Of a stretch of DNA of 64,000 nucleotides, positions 20,556 to 29,411 are shown one piece after another. A program made the translations under genes and the position numbers. The first letter of the stretch is position 1; each line of letters opens with the position of its first letter. This DNA is from Chloroflexota bacterium (GTDB taxonomy: Bacteria; Chloroflexota; Limnocylindria; Limnocylindrales; CSP1-4): the NCBI GenBank assembly GCA_021786385.1, contig JAJYNJ010000077.1, positions 12,329 through 76,328 on the forward strand. Reading direction: 5' to 3'. The notes under the pieces were generated by a model that was not told where the DNA came from, searched no databases, and saw only the letters and a list, made by a program, of their open reading frames with translations.

Positions 20556-20966
20556 CGAAGTGCAGTCTCCTCCTCAACGCTCCTGCGCTTCCTGGACATG
20601 GGCCGTCGACGGGGGCTGGGCTACCGCGCGGCAGGAGGGTCGTCAGAGGCGCGAAGTTGCGGGAACGGGAGACCCGCCGGTCACCCCTCACGGCCGGCGG
20701 GTATCGGGTGCTGCGCGCTGCACGCTATGAACGACCGACCCACCAGGCATCGCTGCCGTTCGCCGATGGGTTAGCGTATGATAGGCACTGGCGTCTCAAA
20801 TGCAAAGAGACGGTGTCGAGCGCCCCGGGCGCGTGCGGCCGGCCGACAGGTTTGACCCCACCCGGTGCGGCGCGTTCGAGCAAGGCCACCGCCTCGGCCG
20901 CGATCGGTGGCTTCGGCCGTCGGCACAAGGCGCCCGGCGACTCCACCTGAGGTATCGCTCGCCATC

Positions 20967-21428
20967 GTGCAGTACCAGGTCCGCAGAGCGAGGATCACGG
21001 ACGTCGAACGCATCGTCGCGATGCTCGACGCCGTCACCGGTCGGCCAGACGTCGACCGCGTCCGGCTCGACTCCGGCGATCTGCTCCGGCAGCTCGTCGA
21101 CCTCCCGCACGCCGTCGTGCTGGTCGCGGAATCCGGTCGCCGGCTGGCCGGCGCGGCCGTCCTGGCACTGCGCCCCAGCGTGTCGCTCGGCGGCTTCGTG
21201 GGTACCGTCGACGTCCTGATCGTCGATCCGGCATCGTCTCCGGTCGCCGTCCGCGGAGCGCTCCTCGAGGAGCTCCTCCGTTCCGGGCGGAACAAGGGCT
21301 GCGTGGCGGTGGAGGCGGTGCCCGCAGACGACCCGGCGGAGCGGGAGCGCTGGGCCGCAGACGGCTTCGTGGAAGCCGGACCCCGCATGGTCCGGAGTCT
21401 CGCGCCCGTCGGCGCGGTTCTGGGCTGA
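20967..21428 (+). CDS. GNAT family N-acetyltransferase
   Basis: Acetyl-CoA binding region (VLALRPSVSLGGFVGTVDVLIVDP ... RGALLEELL ... GC). Start uncertain; GTG at 20967 chosen. Confidence 0.55.
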   Translation: MQYQVRRARITDVERIVAMLDAVTGRPDVDRVRLDSGDLLRQLVDLPHAVVLVAESGRRLAGAAVLALRPSVSLGGFVGTVDVLIVDPASSPVAVRGALLEELLRSGRNKGCVAVEAVPADDPAERERWAADGFVEAGPRMVRSLAPVGAVLG

Positions 21429-21501
21429 TCCATCCACCAACGCCCGCGGGCGTCGGCACCCGGCCCGCGCCAGCGGGACCGGAACTGAACAGGAGACTTG
21501 C

Positions 21502-23724
21502 GTGAGCAAGAACGTCGCCGTCTTCGTCGACGTCGCGAACATCTTCTACGCCGCCAAGGCGGCAGGCGTGGACATCGACTACGTGACGCTGTTGAAGGCG
21601 GCCAGCGCAGGACGGGACCTCGTCCGCGCGTATGCCTACACGGGGCTTGACCCCGAGAACGAGAACCAACGCCAGTTCCATGCCTTCCTCGCGCGCAACG
21701 GCTACCGCGTGGTCAGCAAGGACATCCGGAAGTACGGCGACGGCAAAGTGAAGGCGAACCTGGACATCGAGCTCGTCGTCGACCTGATGCGCACCTCGCG
21801 CAACCTGGACATCGCGGTCGTCGTGTCGGGCGACGGCGACTTCGCGCCGGCCATCCGCGCCGTGCAGCAGACCGGTGTCCGGGTCGAGGTCATCAGCTTC
21901 CGCGGCAACACCAGCTCCGACCTGATCGACGTCGCGGACGTCTTCACCGACATCACCCAGATCGCGCGGGTCGAGCGCTCGTCGCGCAGCGGCCGTCGGG
22001 TCGCGGCGGAGGAGGGAGACCTCTCGATGACCGAGGTCCCGGAGAAGGAGACCGAGGGTGCCTCGCGGCGGCGGTGGGGTCGGCGCGGCGAGGGCCGCGA
22101 GGAGGCCCGCCGCGACGAACGGCGCACGGAGCGGCGCGAGCGGCAGCCCGTGGTTGCGGCGGCCGTGATGGCCACGACACCGAGCGGGATGCCGCTCGTC
22201 GTCCTCCCCGGCGAGAAGCTGAGCAAGGTGGCGGCGGTTGCGCCACCACCGTCCGGCGAGGAGGTCCTCGCTGCGGAGGAGACCGAGGAGACCGAGGAGC
22301 TCGTGGAGGTCGGGAGCGTCCAATCTGCAGCGCCCGAGAGCCAGGGCCAGGAGATAGGGCGCCGCCGCCGGCGCCGCCGGGGTGGTCGCGGTCGCGGGCG
22401 TGGGCGCGGTCAGGAGGCGGTCGGCGAGGCGGCCAACTTCGCCGAACCGGGGCTTCCCGGCGAGGAAGGTGAGGGCGAGGAAGAGCTCGAGCCCGAGGCG
22501 CCGCGCATCCCGCCGCACTCGGCGTTTGGCTCCGTGTGGGACAGCCAGCTTGGCATGCCGACGGCGCCCGTCGCCGGCACCGCGGACCTCGACGAGGAGG
22601 AGCTGGAGGAGCCTGAGATCCCGGAGTACCTGCTGACGGAGCGGCGCCAGCGGGGTCGGGCCACCCGCGCGCCCCGCGGTACGCGCGGTGGACGCGGGTC
22701 TGCCTACCAGCAGGCCGTGGAGCGCGAGCGCTACGGGCGCGGGGCGCCCGGCAGCGTCTCGAGCAGCGGGCGCGCGCCCCGTGCCGAACGTAGCCCCGAG
22801 CGGGGCGCCCGCCCGCAGTTCGAGCGGCAGGAGCGCGCGCGGCCGCCCCGCGAGCCACAGCCCGAGCCGCGCCAGCAGAGCGGCGCTGAGCCCTGGAGCG
22901 AGGTGCCGCCCGATGTGGCGGAGCTGCTGCGGGCCGAGCTGGCTCGACGTGGCGGAGCGGCGCAGGAGGAGGCCGAGCGAGGCCAGGCACCGGCCGAGGG
23001 CCGTGCGCCTGAGGGGGGCACGCAGCCACCCACCGCAGTCCGCTCGCCGGGGGGCACGCGTGGCCGCGGTGGGCGCGGTCGGACACGCTCCGATGGGTCA
23101 TCGGAAGCGCCGGCCGCGGCCCGCGCGGAGGTCGCGTCTGCGACCGAGCCGGGAGGCGAGCCGTCCGGGGCCGGACGGGGTGAGTCGGGCGTCGTCGCGG
23201 CTGCGCCACCGGCCGCGGCAACGGCCTCGCGCGGCCGGCGCCGAGCCAGTCGGGTCGCCACCGGCGAGACGCTCCAGGTGGCGGGCGCCGAAGCGGCGGC
23301 GACGGCAGGCGAGCTCGTGGTGGCGGAGGGCGCGGAGACGAAGCCCGTCACGGCCCGGCGTCGCGGCCGCACCGTCGCGCCGTCCGCGGCGGTGACCGGC
23401 ATGAGTGGTGCCACCGGCGGGAGCGCCGGCACGCGGCCTGAGGCCGGGAGCGCTGGCACGCAGCCGGGGGCAGCCGGGCGGCCGCGTGGCCGACGAACCG
23501 GGAGCTCGTCCGCGGAGTCGGCCGGCGCGGAGACCGTCGGGACGGGCACTGCGGCACCAACCGGCGGAGAACCGCCGACGCGCCGCCGCCGGACGCCCCA
23601 GGCGACCGCCGGCCAGGGCTCCGAGGGCCCGGCCGAGGCCGCTCAGCGTTCGGCCGAGGGCGATGAGCCGGCGTCCCCGGCGCGCCGTCGGACCCGCCGC
23701 ATGACGCCCGCCTCCGAGAGCTGA
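21502..23724 (+). CDS. NYN-domain (LabA-like PIN-fold) ribonuclease with a roughly 570-aa Arg/Gly/Glu-rich intrinsically disordered C-terminal region
   Basis: N-terminal 165 aa is a canonical NYN/LabA domain (VAVFVDVANIFY ... DIAVVVSGDGDFAPAI ... VEVISF). The rest is low-complexity blocks of acidic (EETEETEELVE, EEGEGEEELEPE) and RGG-like ([18 protein letters not shown]) sequence. High GC3 codon bias is kept throughout this frame, ending at a TGA 24 bp before holB. Confidence 0.7.
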   Translation: MSKNVAVFVDVANIFYAAKAAGVDIDYVTLLKAASAGRDLVRAYAYTGLDPENENQRQFHAFLARNGYRVVSKDIRKYGDGKVKANLDIELVVDLMRTSRNLDIAVVVSGDGDFAPAIRAVQQTGVRVEVISFRGNTSSDLIDVADVFTDITQIARVERSSRSGRRVAAEEGDLSMTEVPEKETEGASRRRWGRRGEGREEARRDERRTERRERQPVVAAAVMATTPSGMPLVVLPGEKLSKVAAVAPPPSGEEVLAAEETEETEELVEVGSVQSAAPESQGQEIGRRRRRRRGGRGRGRGRGQEAVGEAANFAEPGLPGEEGEGEEELEPEAPRIPPHSAFGSVWDSQLGMPTAPVAGTADLDEEELEEPEIPEYLLTERRQRGRATRAPRGTRGGRGSAYQQAVERERYGRGAPGSVSSSGRAPRAERSPERGARPQFERQERARPPREPQPEPRQQSGAEPWSEVPPDVAELLRAELARRGGAAQEEAERGQAPAEGRAPEGGTQPPTAVRSPGGTRGRGGRGRTRSDGSSEAPAAARAEVASATEPGGEPSGAGRGESGVVAAAPPAAATASRGRRRASRVATGETLQVAGAEAAATAGELVVAEGAETKPVTARRRGRTVAPSAAVTGMSGATGGSAGTRPEAGSAGTQPGAAGRPRGRRTGSSSAESAGAETVGTGTAAPTGGEPPTRRRRTPQATAGQGSEGPAEAAQRSAEGDEPASPARRRTRRMTPASES

Positions 23725-23747
23725 TCCGTCGAGGGCTGATCCGGTCG

Positions 23748-24968
23748 ATGGCCGTCTGGCGCACCCGCGGGCAGCCGACGGGGCTGGCGGCGATCGCGCG
23801 GGCCGTGACGACGGGCGACGTCCCCGCCGCGCTGCTGCTGGCCGGGCCACCGGGGAGTGGCAAGACGACGCTCGCGCTGGACCTGGCCGCGGGGCTCCTC
23901 TGCTCCGCCGCCGATCCGGCCGAGCGGCCGTGTCGCGCGTGCGCGGCGTGCCGACGCGTCGACCACGGCAACCACCCCGACCTGCACCGGCTCGCCCCTG
24001 GTGGGGCGGGGCGCCAGATCCGCATCGGCGAACGGCTTGCGCCAGAGCCCGGAACCGTCCGGGCCCTGTTGCGCGATCTGGCCCTGGCGCCGATGGAGGG
24101 CGCCTGGCGGGTGGCCGTCATCGAGGCGGCCGAACGCATGAACGACGATGCGCAGAACGCCCTCCTCAAGCTGCTCGAGGAGCCGCCGGCGCGGACTGTC
24201 CTCGTGCTGTGTGCCGTCGACGAGGGGGCGCTGCTCCCCACGGTCCGCTCGCGCTGCATGCGGCTTCGGCTCGCGCGGGTCTCGCCCACCGAGATCGCGG
24301 CGCTGCTTCGGGAGGAAGGGTTGGCGGACGCGGCCCGCGCCGTTCGGCTGGCGCAGCTGGCGGACGGCCGGCCCGGACGTGCCCGCGCGCTGGCCGCGGC
24401 CCCGGAGGCCCTGGTGCTTCACGATCGGCTGTTGCGTGAGCTGCTCGACCTGGTGCGACGGGGGGTCGCGGAACGGCTGGCGGCCGCCGCGGGGCTGCTC
24501 GGCGCCGCCGACCAGCTCGAGACGATGCTCGGCGACGGTGCGGATGCCGGCGTCGACGCAGGACCGGCGGGTGGCGCCCCGGCGAACGGGTCGAACGAGC
24601 GCGCCGTGCCCGGCGGAACCGTCCCGATCACCGCAGCCGGCGAGGATTCCATCGACGCAGCCGAGGGGCCGCGGCGGGATCGCCAATCCCCCGGTGCGCG
24701 GCGCCGGTCGCTCCTGGCGCTCGGTGCGCTCTGGCAGGGATTGGCGCGCGACCTCGCGCTCGCCGGTCGGGGCGGCCGCGCGGAACTCCGGCACGCCGAC
24801 CTGCTCGAAGAGCTGGTGGCGACCGGGGCGGCCCTGCCGGACGGCGCGGTCGAAGCCTTCATGCTGCGGCTCGACGGGGTGCTGGGCGCGGTGGAGCAGA
24901 ACGCGAACCCGGAGTTGGCCCTCGATGTGCTCCTGCTCGCCTGGCCGCGCATGGCGGACGCGGCCTGA
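23748..24968 (+). CDS. holB: DNA polymerase III delta-prime subunit
   Basis: GPPGSGKTT Walker A, zinc module CRACAACRRV, NALLKLLEEPP and SRC motifs. Confidence 0.85.
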   Translation: MAVWRTRGQPTGLAAIARAVTTGDVPAALLLAGPPGSGKTTLALDLAAGLLCSAADPAERPCRACAACRRVDHGNHPDLHRLAPGGAGRQIRIGERLAPEPGTVRALLRDLALAPMEGAWRVAVIEAAERMNDDAQNALLKLLEEPPARTVLVLCAVDEGALLPTVRSRCMRLRLARVSPTEIAALLREEGLADAARAVRLAQLADGRPGRARALAAAPEALVLHDRLLRELLDLVRRGVAERLAAAAGLLGAADQLETMLGDGADAGVDAGPAGGAPANGSNERAVPGGTVPITAAGEDSIDAAEGPRRDRQSPGARRRSLLALGALWQGLARDLALAGRGGRAELRHADLLEELVATGAALPDGAVEAFMLRLDGVLGAVEQNANPELALDVLLLAWPRMADAA

Positions 24969-24972
24969 GCGG

Positions 24973-25269
24973 ATGGCGGCCCGGGCGATCGAGGCGACGG
25001 TGCGAGGCGTCGTGCAGGGCGTCGGCTTCCGCTGGTTCGTCGCGCGCGAGGCCCAGGTTGCCGGTGTCACGGGTTGGGTAGCCAACCAGCCGGACGGCTC
25101 GGTCGCCGTGGTGGCCGAGGGCGATCCGGACGACATCGCGCTGCTGCTGGAGCGGCTGCGCGAGGGTCCACCCGGCGCGTCGGTCTCGTCGGTTGTGGTG
25201 CGTGAGCGCGTGCCGACGGGCGCCTTCGTCGGGTTCCAGATCCGCGCGGGTGCGCACCCGGGAGACTGA
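24973..25269 (+). CDS. acyP: acylphosphatase
   Basis: VQGVGFRWF and GWVAN...GSV acylphosphatase signatures; 98 aa; ATG at 24973. Confidence 0.85.
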   Translation: MAARAIEATVRGVVQGVGFRWFVAREAQVAGVTGWVANQPDGSVAVVAEGDPDDIALLLERLREGPPGASVSSVVVRERVPTGAFVGFQIRAGAHPGD

Positions 25270-25288
25270 ACGACGTGGCCGCACGGGC

Positions 25289-25360
25289 GGTGGCGCCAGG
25301 ACGCCCGGTGGCGCCAGGACGCCCGGTGGCGCCAAGACGCCCGGTGGCGCCGGCACGCGC
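25289..25360. repeat. intergenic 18-bp tandem repeat x4 (GGTGGCGCCAGGACGCCC)
   Basis: Direct inspection; two perfect copies and two diverged copies between acyP and hdeD. Confidence 0.85.
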
Positions 25361-25452
25361 GCCGCACGGCGTGGGCGAGTACCCGCGGACGGCGGGCTTG
25401 GCGGCAGCCGCGTACAGTTCGGTGGTCACTTCGTGCTGCAGCAGGTGAACCG

Positions 25453-26001
25453 ATGGAGCCTCTGATCCGCAGCTGGTGGCTGCTCGCGCTGCGCGGCGTG
25501 CTGGCGGTCGTCTTCGGCGTCGCCGCACTGATCTGGCCGGGCCTGACGCTGCTGGTCCTCGTCACGCTCTTCGGCGCCTATGCGATCGTCGACGGCGTGG
25601 TGGCGATCCTCTCGGTCGTTCGGCACCGGGAACGCGGCCGCTGGTGGGCCGTGCTGCTCGAAGGGGTCTTCGGGATCCTGGCTGGCCTGGTGGCATTCCT
25701 CCTGCCTGGGATCACCGCGGTGGCGCTGGTCTTCGTCATCGGCGTGTGGGCGATGCTGACCGGGCTGATGGAGATCAGCGCCGCGCTGCGTTTGCGCCGG
25801 ATGATCGAAAACGAGTGGATGCTCGGGCTTGCTGGGATCCTCTCCCTCGTCTTCGGGGCGGCGCTCGTCGTCTTTCCGGGGGCCGGCGCGCTCGCGTTGG
25901 TGACACTGATCGCCGCGTATGCGATCGTGTTCGGCGTCGCCATGCTCTTCCTGGGACTGCGCCTGCGCAACGCCCGGACCAGTGGCTTCGGGTTGATCTG
26001 A
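25453..26001 (+). CDS. hdeD: HdeD-family acid-resistance membrane protein (DUF308)
   Basis: Six-TM protein with the typical HdeD repeat pattern (LLALRGVLAVVFGVAALIWPGLTL ... twice). Confidence 0.8.
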   Translation: MEPLIRSWWLLALRGVLAVVFGVAALIWPGLTLLVLVTLFGAYAIVDGVVAILSVVRHRERGRWWAVLLEGVFGILAGLVAFLLPGITAVALVFVIGVWAMLTGLMEISAALRLRRMIENEWMLGLAGILSLVFGAALVVFPGAGALALVTLIAAYAIVFGVAMLFLGLRLRNARTSGFGLI

Positions 26002-26079
26002 ACGCGGCCGCTCGGGCATGTCTGTGCCCGCGCCGCCTGGGCCCGGCGACGTCCGGAGCGGCGGCCGCGATGCTGGATC

Positions 26080-26613
26080 TCAACGAGGGTGGCGGTAGCG
26101 CCAGGCCCGTCGCCGGCGACCGACGATCGGACCGCCGAACGGCACGATGCTGATCGAGCCGTCCTCCTCCAGAATCGCGAGCCGCACCTGCTCCACCCGT
26201 TCCAGGCCGTGCTCGCGGAGCGCCGCCTCGAGATCGGCCTGGTCGAGCTCCTCGCGCTCCACCGCGGCCGGGATCCAGGCGCCGTCGCGCGCGAGGACGG
26301 TCGGCGCGGGTTCGAGGATCCGGCGCGCCAGGGGCACGTGCTCCCGCAGCTGCGCGACGGCTAGGTTGAGCAGGAAGATCGTCGCCACGATGATGATCCC
26401 GCCGGTGAGCGAGTTGTCCGGCCCGGTGATCGCCGGTTGGAGCGCGTTGGCGGCGAGGAGGATCAGGGCGAGGTCGAAGAGGGTGAATTGCCCCACCTCG
26501 CGCTTGCCGAAGACGCGCAGGGCCAGAATGAAGAGCACGTAGACGACCACCGTCCGCACGACGAGCTCGAGCGGCGGCGTTCCGAGTTGCCACATGGTGC
26601 ACCGATCGTACAT
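26080..26613 (-). CDS. DUF421 (YetF-like) membrane protein
   Basis: N-terminal TM helices plus the C-terminal DUF421 soluble domain (ELDQADLEAALREHGLERVEQVRLAILEEDGSISIV). Two ATGs are possible (26613 or 26595). Confidence 0.65.
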   Translation of the reverse strand: MYDRCTMWQLGTPPLELVVRTVVVYVLFILALRVFGKREVGQFTLFDLALILLAANALQPAITGPDNSLTGGIIIVATIFLLNLAVAQLREHVPLARRILEPAPTVLARDGAWIPAAVEREELDQADLEAALREHGLERVEQVRLAILEEDGSISIVPFGGPIVGRRRRAWRYRHPR

Positions 26614-26730
26614 GGCGCCCGGCGGCGGTTCGTCGGCGGGGCGGTGGGCGGGTGGCGTGGGCGGATCAGTCGAGGGGGTCCGTCAGCCGAGGGCAATGGC
26701 CGCCGACGGACGAGGGGAAACCGGGAAGCT

Positions 26731-26806
26731 GGCGCGCCCGGCGGGACTCGAACCCACGGCCTTCTGCTCCGGAGGCAGACGCTCTATCCGCTGAGCTACG
26801 GGCGCG
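26731..26806 (-). tRNA. tRNA-Arg (anticodon CCG)
   Basis: Minus strand GCGCCCGTAGCTCAGCGGATAGAGCGTCTGCCTCCGGAGCAGAAGGCCGTGGGTTCGAGTCCCGCCGGGCGCGCCA folds as a cloverleaf: 7-bp acceptor, D and T arms, anticodon loop CTCCGGA, CCA encoded. Confidence 0.85.
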
Positions 26807-27220
26807 CGAGCGCCAAGTCTACCAGCGTTCATGCCACGGACCGCCTCGATAGCGGGCCGCCTCAGGGAGCGGCTTCGGCGGCAGCGCTGCGGCGGGCCGA
26901 TCAGGCACGGAGCCGCACCATGCCGGCAGGTATGCGGAAGGCCCCTCCGGAGAGGGGCCTTCCGACACTGTCCCGGTGAAGTCCCCGATCATCTTGCGAT
27001 GACACGGAGCTTCTGCCACGCCGCAAGGGCATCTATCACGCCGGCTGCACCGGCTACCCTAACCCAACCTACCCATGACCCTGCTGCTGGGGCAGTCGCT
27101 GACGAGCAGCGATGCAAAGTGTACGCGACGACCCCCGGCGGCTCAATAGATTCACCTACCGGACGGGTTAATATTCCGTAACCTTGCGACTGATTGGCGC
27201 TTGGCGTGGTACCGCCCAGC

Positions 27221-27691
27221 TCAGCCAGCCGGCTCGTCGACGGTCACCTTCGTCATGCGCACCTCATCGATCGGTCGATCGCCCGGGCCCGTCCGCACCG
27301 CGCCGATGCGGTCCACCACCGCGGTCCCCTCGGTGACCCGACCGAAGATCGTGTAGTGCTTCGGGAGCCGACCCCGCAGGTCACTCAGGCAGACGAACCA
27401 CTGGCTGCCGTTCGTGTTCGGGCCGGCGTTGGCCATGGCGACCGTGTACGGCGCGTAGTCGAGGTGGGGACCCGGTAGCTCGTCCGCGAAGGTGTAGCCC
27501 GGACCGCCTCGCCCCGTGCCGGTCGGGTCGCCGCCCTGGATCACGAAGCCCGGCACGACGCGGTGGAACAGGACGCCGTCGTAGTAGCCCTGGCGGGCGA
27601 GTTTCTCGAAGTTGGCGACGGTATTGGGCGCCGCGTCACGCTCGAACTCGATCCGAAACGTGCCCAGCGTGGTGTCGACGGTTGCGCTCAA
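27221..27691 (-). CDS. ppiB: peptidyl-prolyl cis-trans isomerase (cyclophilin type, cytoplasmic)
   Basis: Cyclophilin motifs FHRVVPGFVIQGGDPTGTGRGGPGY ... MANAGPNTNGSQWF. Confidence 0.9.
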   Translation of the reverse strand: MSATVDTTLGTFRIEFERDAAPNTVANFEKLARQGYYDGVLFHRVVPGFVIQGGDPTGTGRGGPGYTFADELPGPHLDYAPYTVAMANAGPNTNGSQWFVCLSDLRGRLPKHYTIFGRVTEGTAVVDRIGAVRTGPGDRPIDEVRMTKVTVDEPAG

Positions 27692-27808
27692 CGGTCCTTC
27701 CCCGTGCGGTCTCCGTCCAACCGTAGCACAGCACGCTCGACGCGGTCGCCCAGCTTCGACGTAGCCGGCCGAGCAGGCAGCCGGCCGAGCCCCCTGCCTG
27801 CCAGCTCT

Positions 27809-28561
27809 TCAGCCGCCCGAGCCGCGCGGTGCCGGCGATCCCCCGGAGCCGCCAACGGTGCCCGGACCGCTCAGCGTCGCGGTGGCGATGCGCACCGGCT
27901 GGAGCGCCTGATCGTTGTTGGCCCCTCCGCGTGGACCGGCGGCGATCTCCTCAGCGACGGCAAGACCGCTGGTGACCGTGCCGAAGATGGTGTACTTGTG
28001 CGGGAGCGAAGCGGCGTCCGGGCCCACCACGATGAAGAACTGGGATCCGTTCGTGTTCGGGCCGGCATTCGCCATCGCCACCGTGCCGGGCGTGTACGCA
28101 CCGGCGAAGGGTTCGTCGGGGAACGAGTAGCCCGGCCCACCGGTGCCCGTCCCTGTCGGATCACCGCCCTGGATGACGAAGTCCGGGATGATGCGGTGGA
28201 AGACGGTCCCGTTGTAGAAGCCGGCCCGCACCAGGTTCTCGAAGTTCTGCGCCGCCACCGGCGCGCTGTTCGTGAAGAGCGCGATCACGATGTCGCCGTC
28301 CCCGGTGTGCAGTGTCACGGTCGTGCCGTCGCCGCTCGGCTGGGCCGGTGCCGACGGGAGCGGTGTCGCCGTCGGGGGTTTGGGCTGGATGGGGAGCCGG
28401 CGGGCGACGGAGGCCACCGCCGAGGCGCCGGCAGTCGGCGCAGCTGACACGGTCGGCCCCGACCCGCCGGGTGCGCTGGCAGGGGTGGCCGAACATGCGG
28501 CGAGGACGAGGACTGCGCTGACGAGCAGCACGCGTGGCAGACGGGAAGCGTTCAGGCGCAT
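27809..28561 (-). CDS. secreted lipoprotein peptidyl-prolyl cis-trans isomerase (cyclophilin type)
   Basis: ATG at 28561 with GGAGAA RBS. Signal peptide plus lipobox LVLAAC, Ala/Pro-rich linker, then a cyclophilin domain (FHRIIPDFVIQGGDPTGTGTGGPGY ... MANAGPNTNGSQFF). Upstream part of the track ORF is rejected because it overlaps a tandem repeat and the hisA-like gene. Confidence 0.85.
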   Translation of the reverse strand: MRLNASRLPRVLLVSAVLVLAACSATPASAPGGSGPTVSAAPTAGASAVASVARRLPIQPKPPTATPLPSAPAQPSGDGTTVTLHTGDGDIVIALFTNSAPVAAQNFENLVRAGFYNGTVFHRIIPDFVIQGGDPTGTGTGGPGYSFPDEPFAGAYTPGTVAMANAGPNTNGSQFFIVVGPDAASLPHKYTIFGTVTSGLAVAEEIAAGPRGGANNDQALQPVRIATATLSGPGTVGGSGGSPAPRGSGG

Positions 28562-28603
28562 CGGTTCTCCGATGGTGAGCGGGGATCGTGTGGACGCCGC
28601 CGC

Positions 28604-28675
28604 GCGGCCTGCGGCTCCGGCGCGGCCTGCGGCTCCGGCGCGGCCTGCGGCTCCGGCGCGGCCTGCGGCTCCAGG
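28604..28675. repeat. intergenic 18-bp tandem repeat x4 (GCGGCCTGCGGCTCCGGC)
   Basis: Direct inspection; sits between the hisA-like stop (28695) and the secreted cyclophilin start (28561). Confidence 0.85.
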
Positions 28676-28694
28676 CATGCGCGGGAGTACCGGT

Positions 28695-29411
28695 TCATGG
28701 GCGCGCCCCTGCGGCCACCTCGGCAGCCGCCCCGTACTCGAGGCGTCCCGTGAGCAGTGTCTCACCGAGGATGACGGCCGACACGCCGGCGTCCCGAAGC
28801 CGCCGCAGCCCGTCCAGTGTGGCCACTCCGCCGGCGACCAGGAACTCCGCGTCGGTGGCTGCGACCAGGCCGCCCAGCAGGCCGAGGTCCGGCTCCGCGC
28901 CTCCGTGTGAGAGTACGAAGCGCTGAACGCCCGCCGCGACAAGCTCGCCGACGAGCGCCTGTAGTGTCGGCACGCGGCCCGCCCGCCAGCGATGGGCCCG
29001 CAGGCGCTCCGGCCGTGGATCCAGCCCGACCGCCAGCCAGCTCCCGGCCACCTCCAGGCAGGCACGCAGCGCGGCGGGATCCTCGGCCGCGGCGAGCAGC
29101 GGCATCACCACGCGTGTCGCGCCGGCGGCGAAGAGGAGCCGGATCTGATCTGCGCCGTCGGCGCCGCCAGCCACCTGGAGGGGCACCGCGACCTCGGCGG
29201 CGACGCGGCTGACGACGTCGAGTGCGACGGGACGGCCGGCCTTGGCCCCCTCGAGGTCGACCAGGTGGATCGTCGGCGCCCCCAGCGCGACGAAGTGCCG
29301 CGCGATGCGCTCGGGGCGGTCGGTCGGCGTGCCGGTCCCCGTGGACGCACCCGGCCAGAAGACGAGCCGGGACCGGCCACCCGTGACATCGATGCTGGGA
29401 ACGACCTGCAT
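28695..29411 (-). CDS. HisA/HisF-family (beta/alpha)8-barrel protein (ProFAR isomerase-like)
   Basis: VVPSIDV...G N-terminus and two phosphate-binding half-barrel repeats (VAGG, VLSHGG ... LVAGGV). Not in a his operon, so function is left generic. Confidence 0.65.
   Translation of the reverse strand: MQVVPSIDVTGGRSRLVFWPGASTGTGTPTDRPERIARHFVALGAPTIHLVDLEGAKAGRPVALDVVSRVAAEVAVPLQVAGGADGADQIRLLFAAGATRVVMPLLAAAEDPAALRACLEVAGSWLAVGLDPRPERLRAHRWRAGRVPTLQALVGELVAAGVQRFVLSHGGAEPDLGLLGGLVAATDAEFLVAGGVATLDGLRRLRDAGVSAVILGETLLTGRLEYGAAAEVAAGARP

Noticed and set aside
26831-27181. 116-aa ORF in the tRNA-Arg/cyclophilin spacer
   Set aside because: No RBS, low-complexity product, and it lies in a region that likely holds the tRNA promoter.
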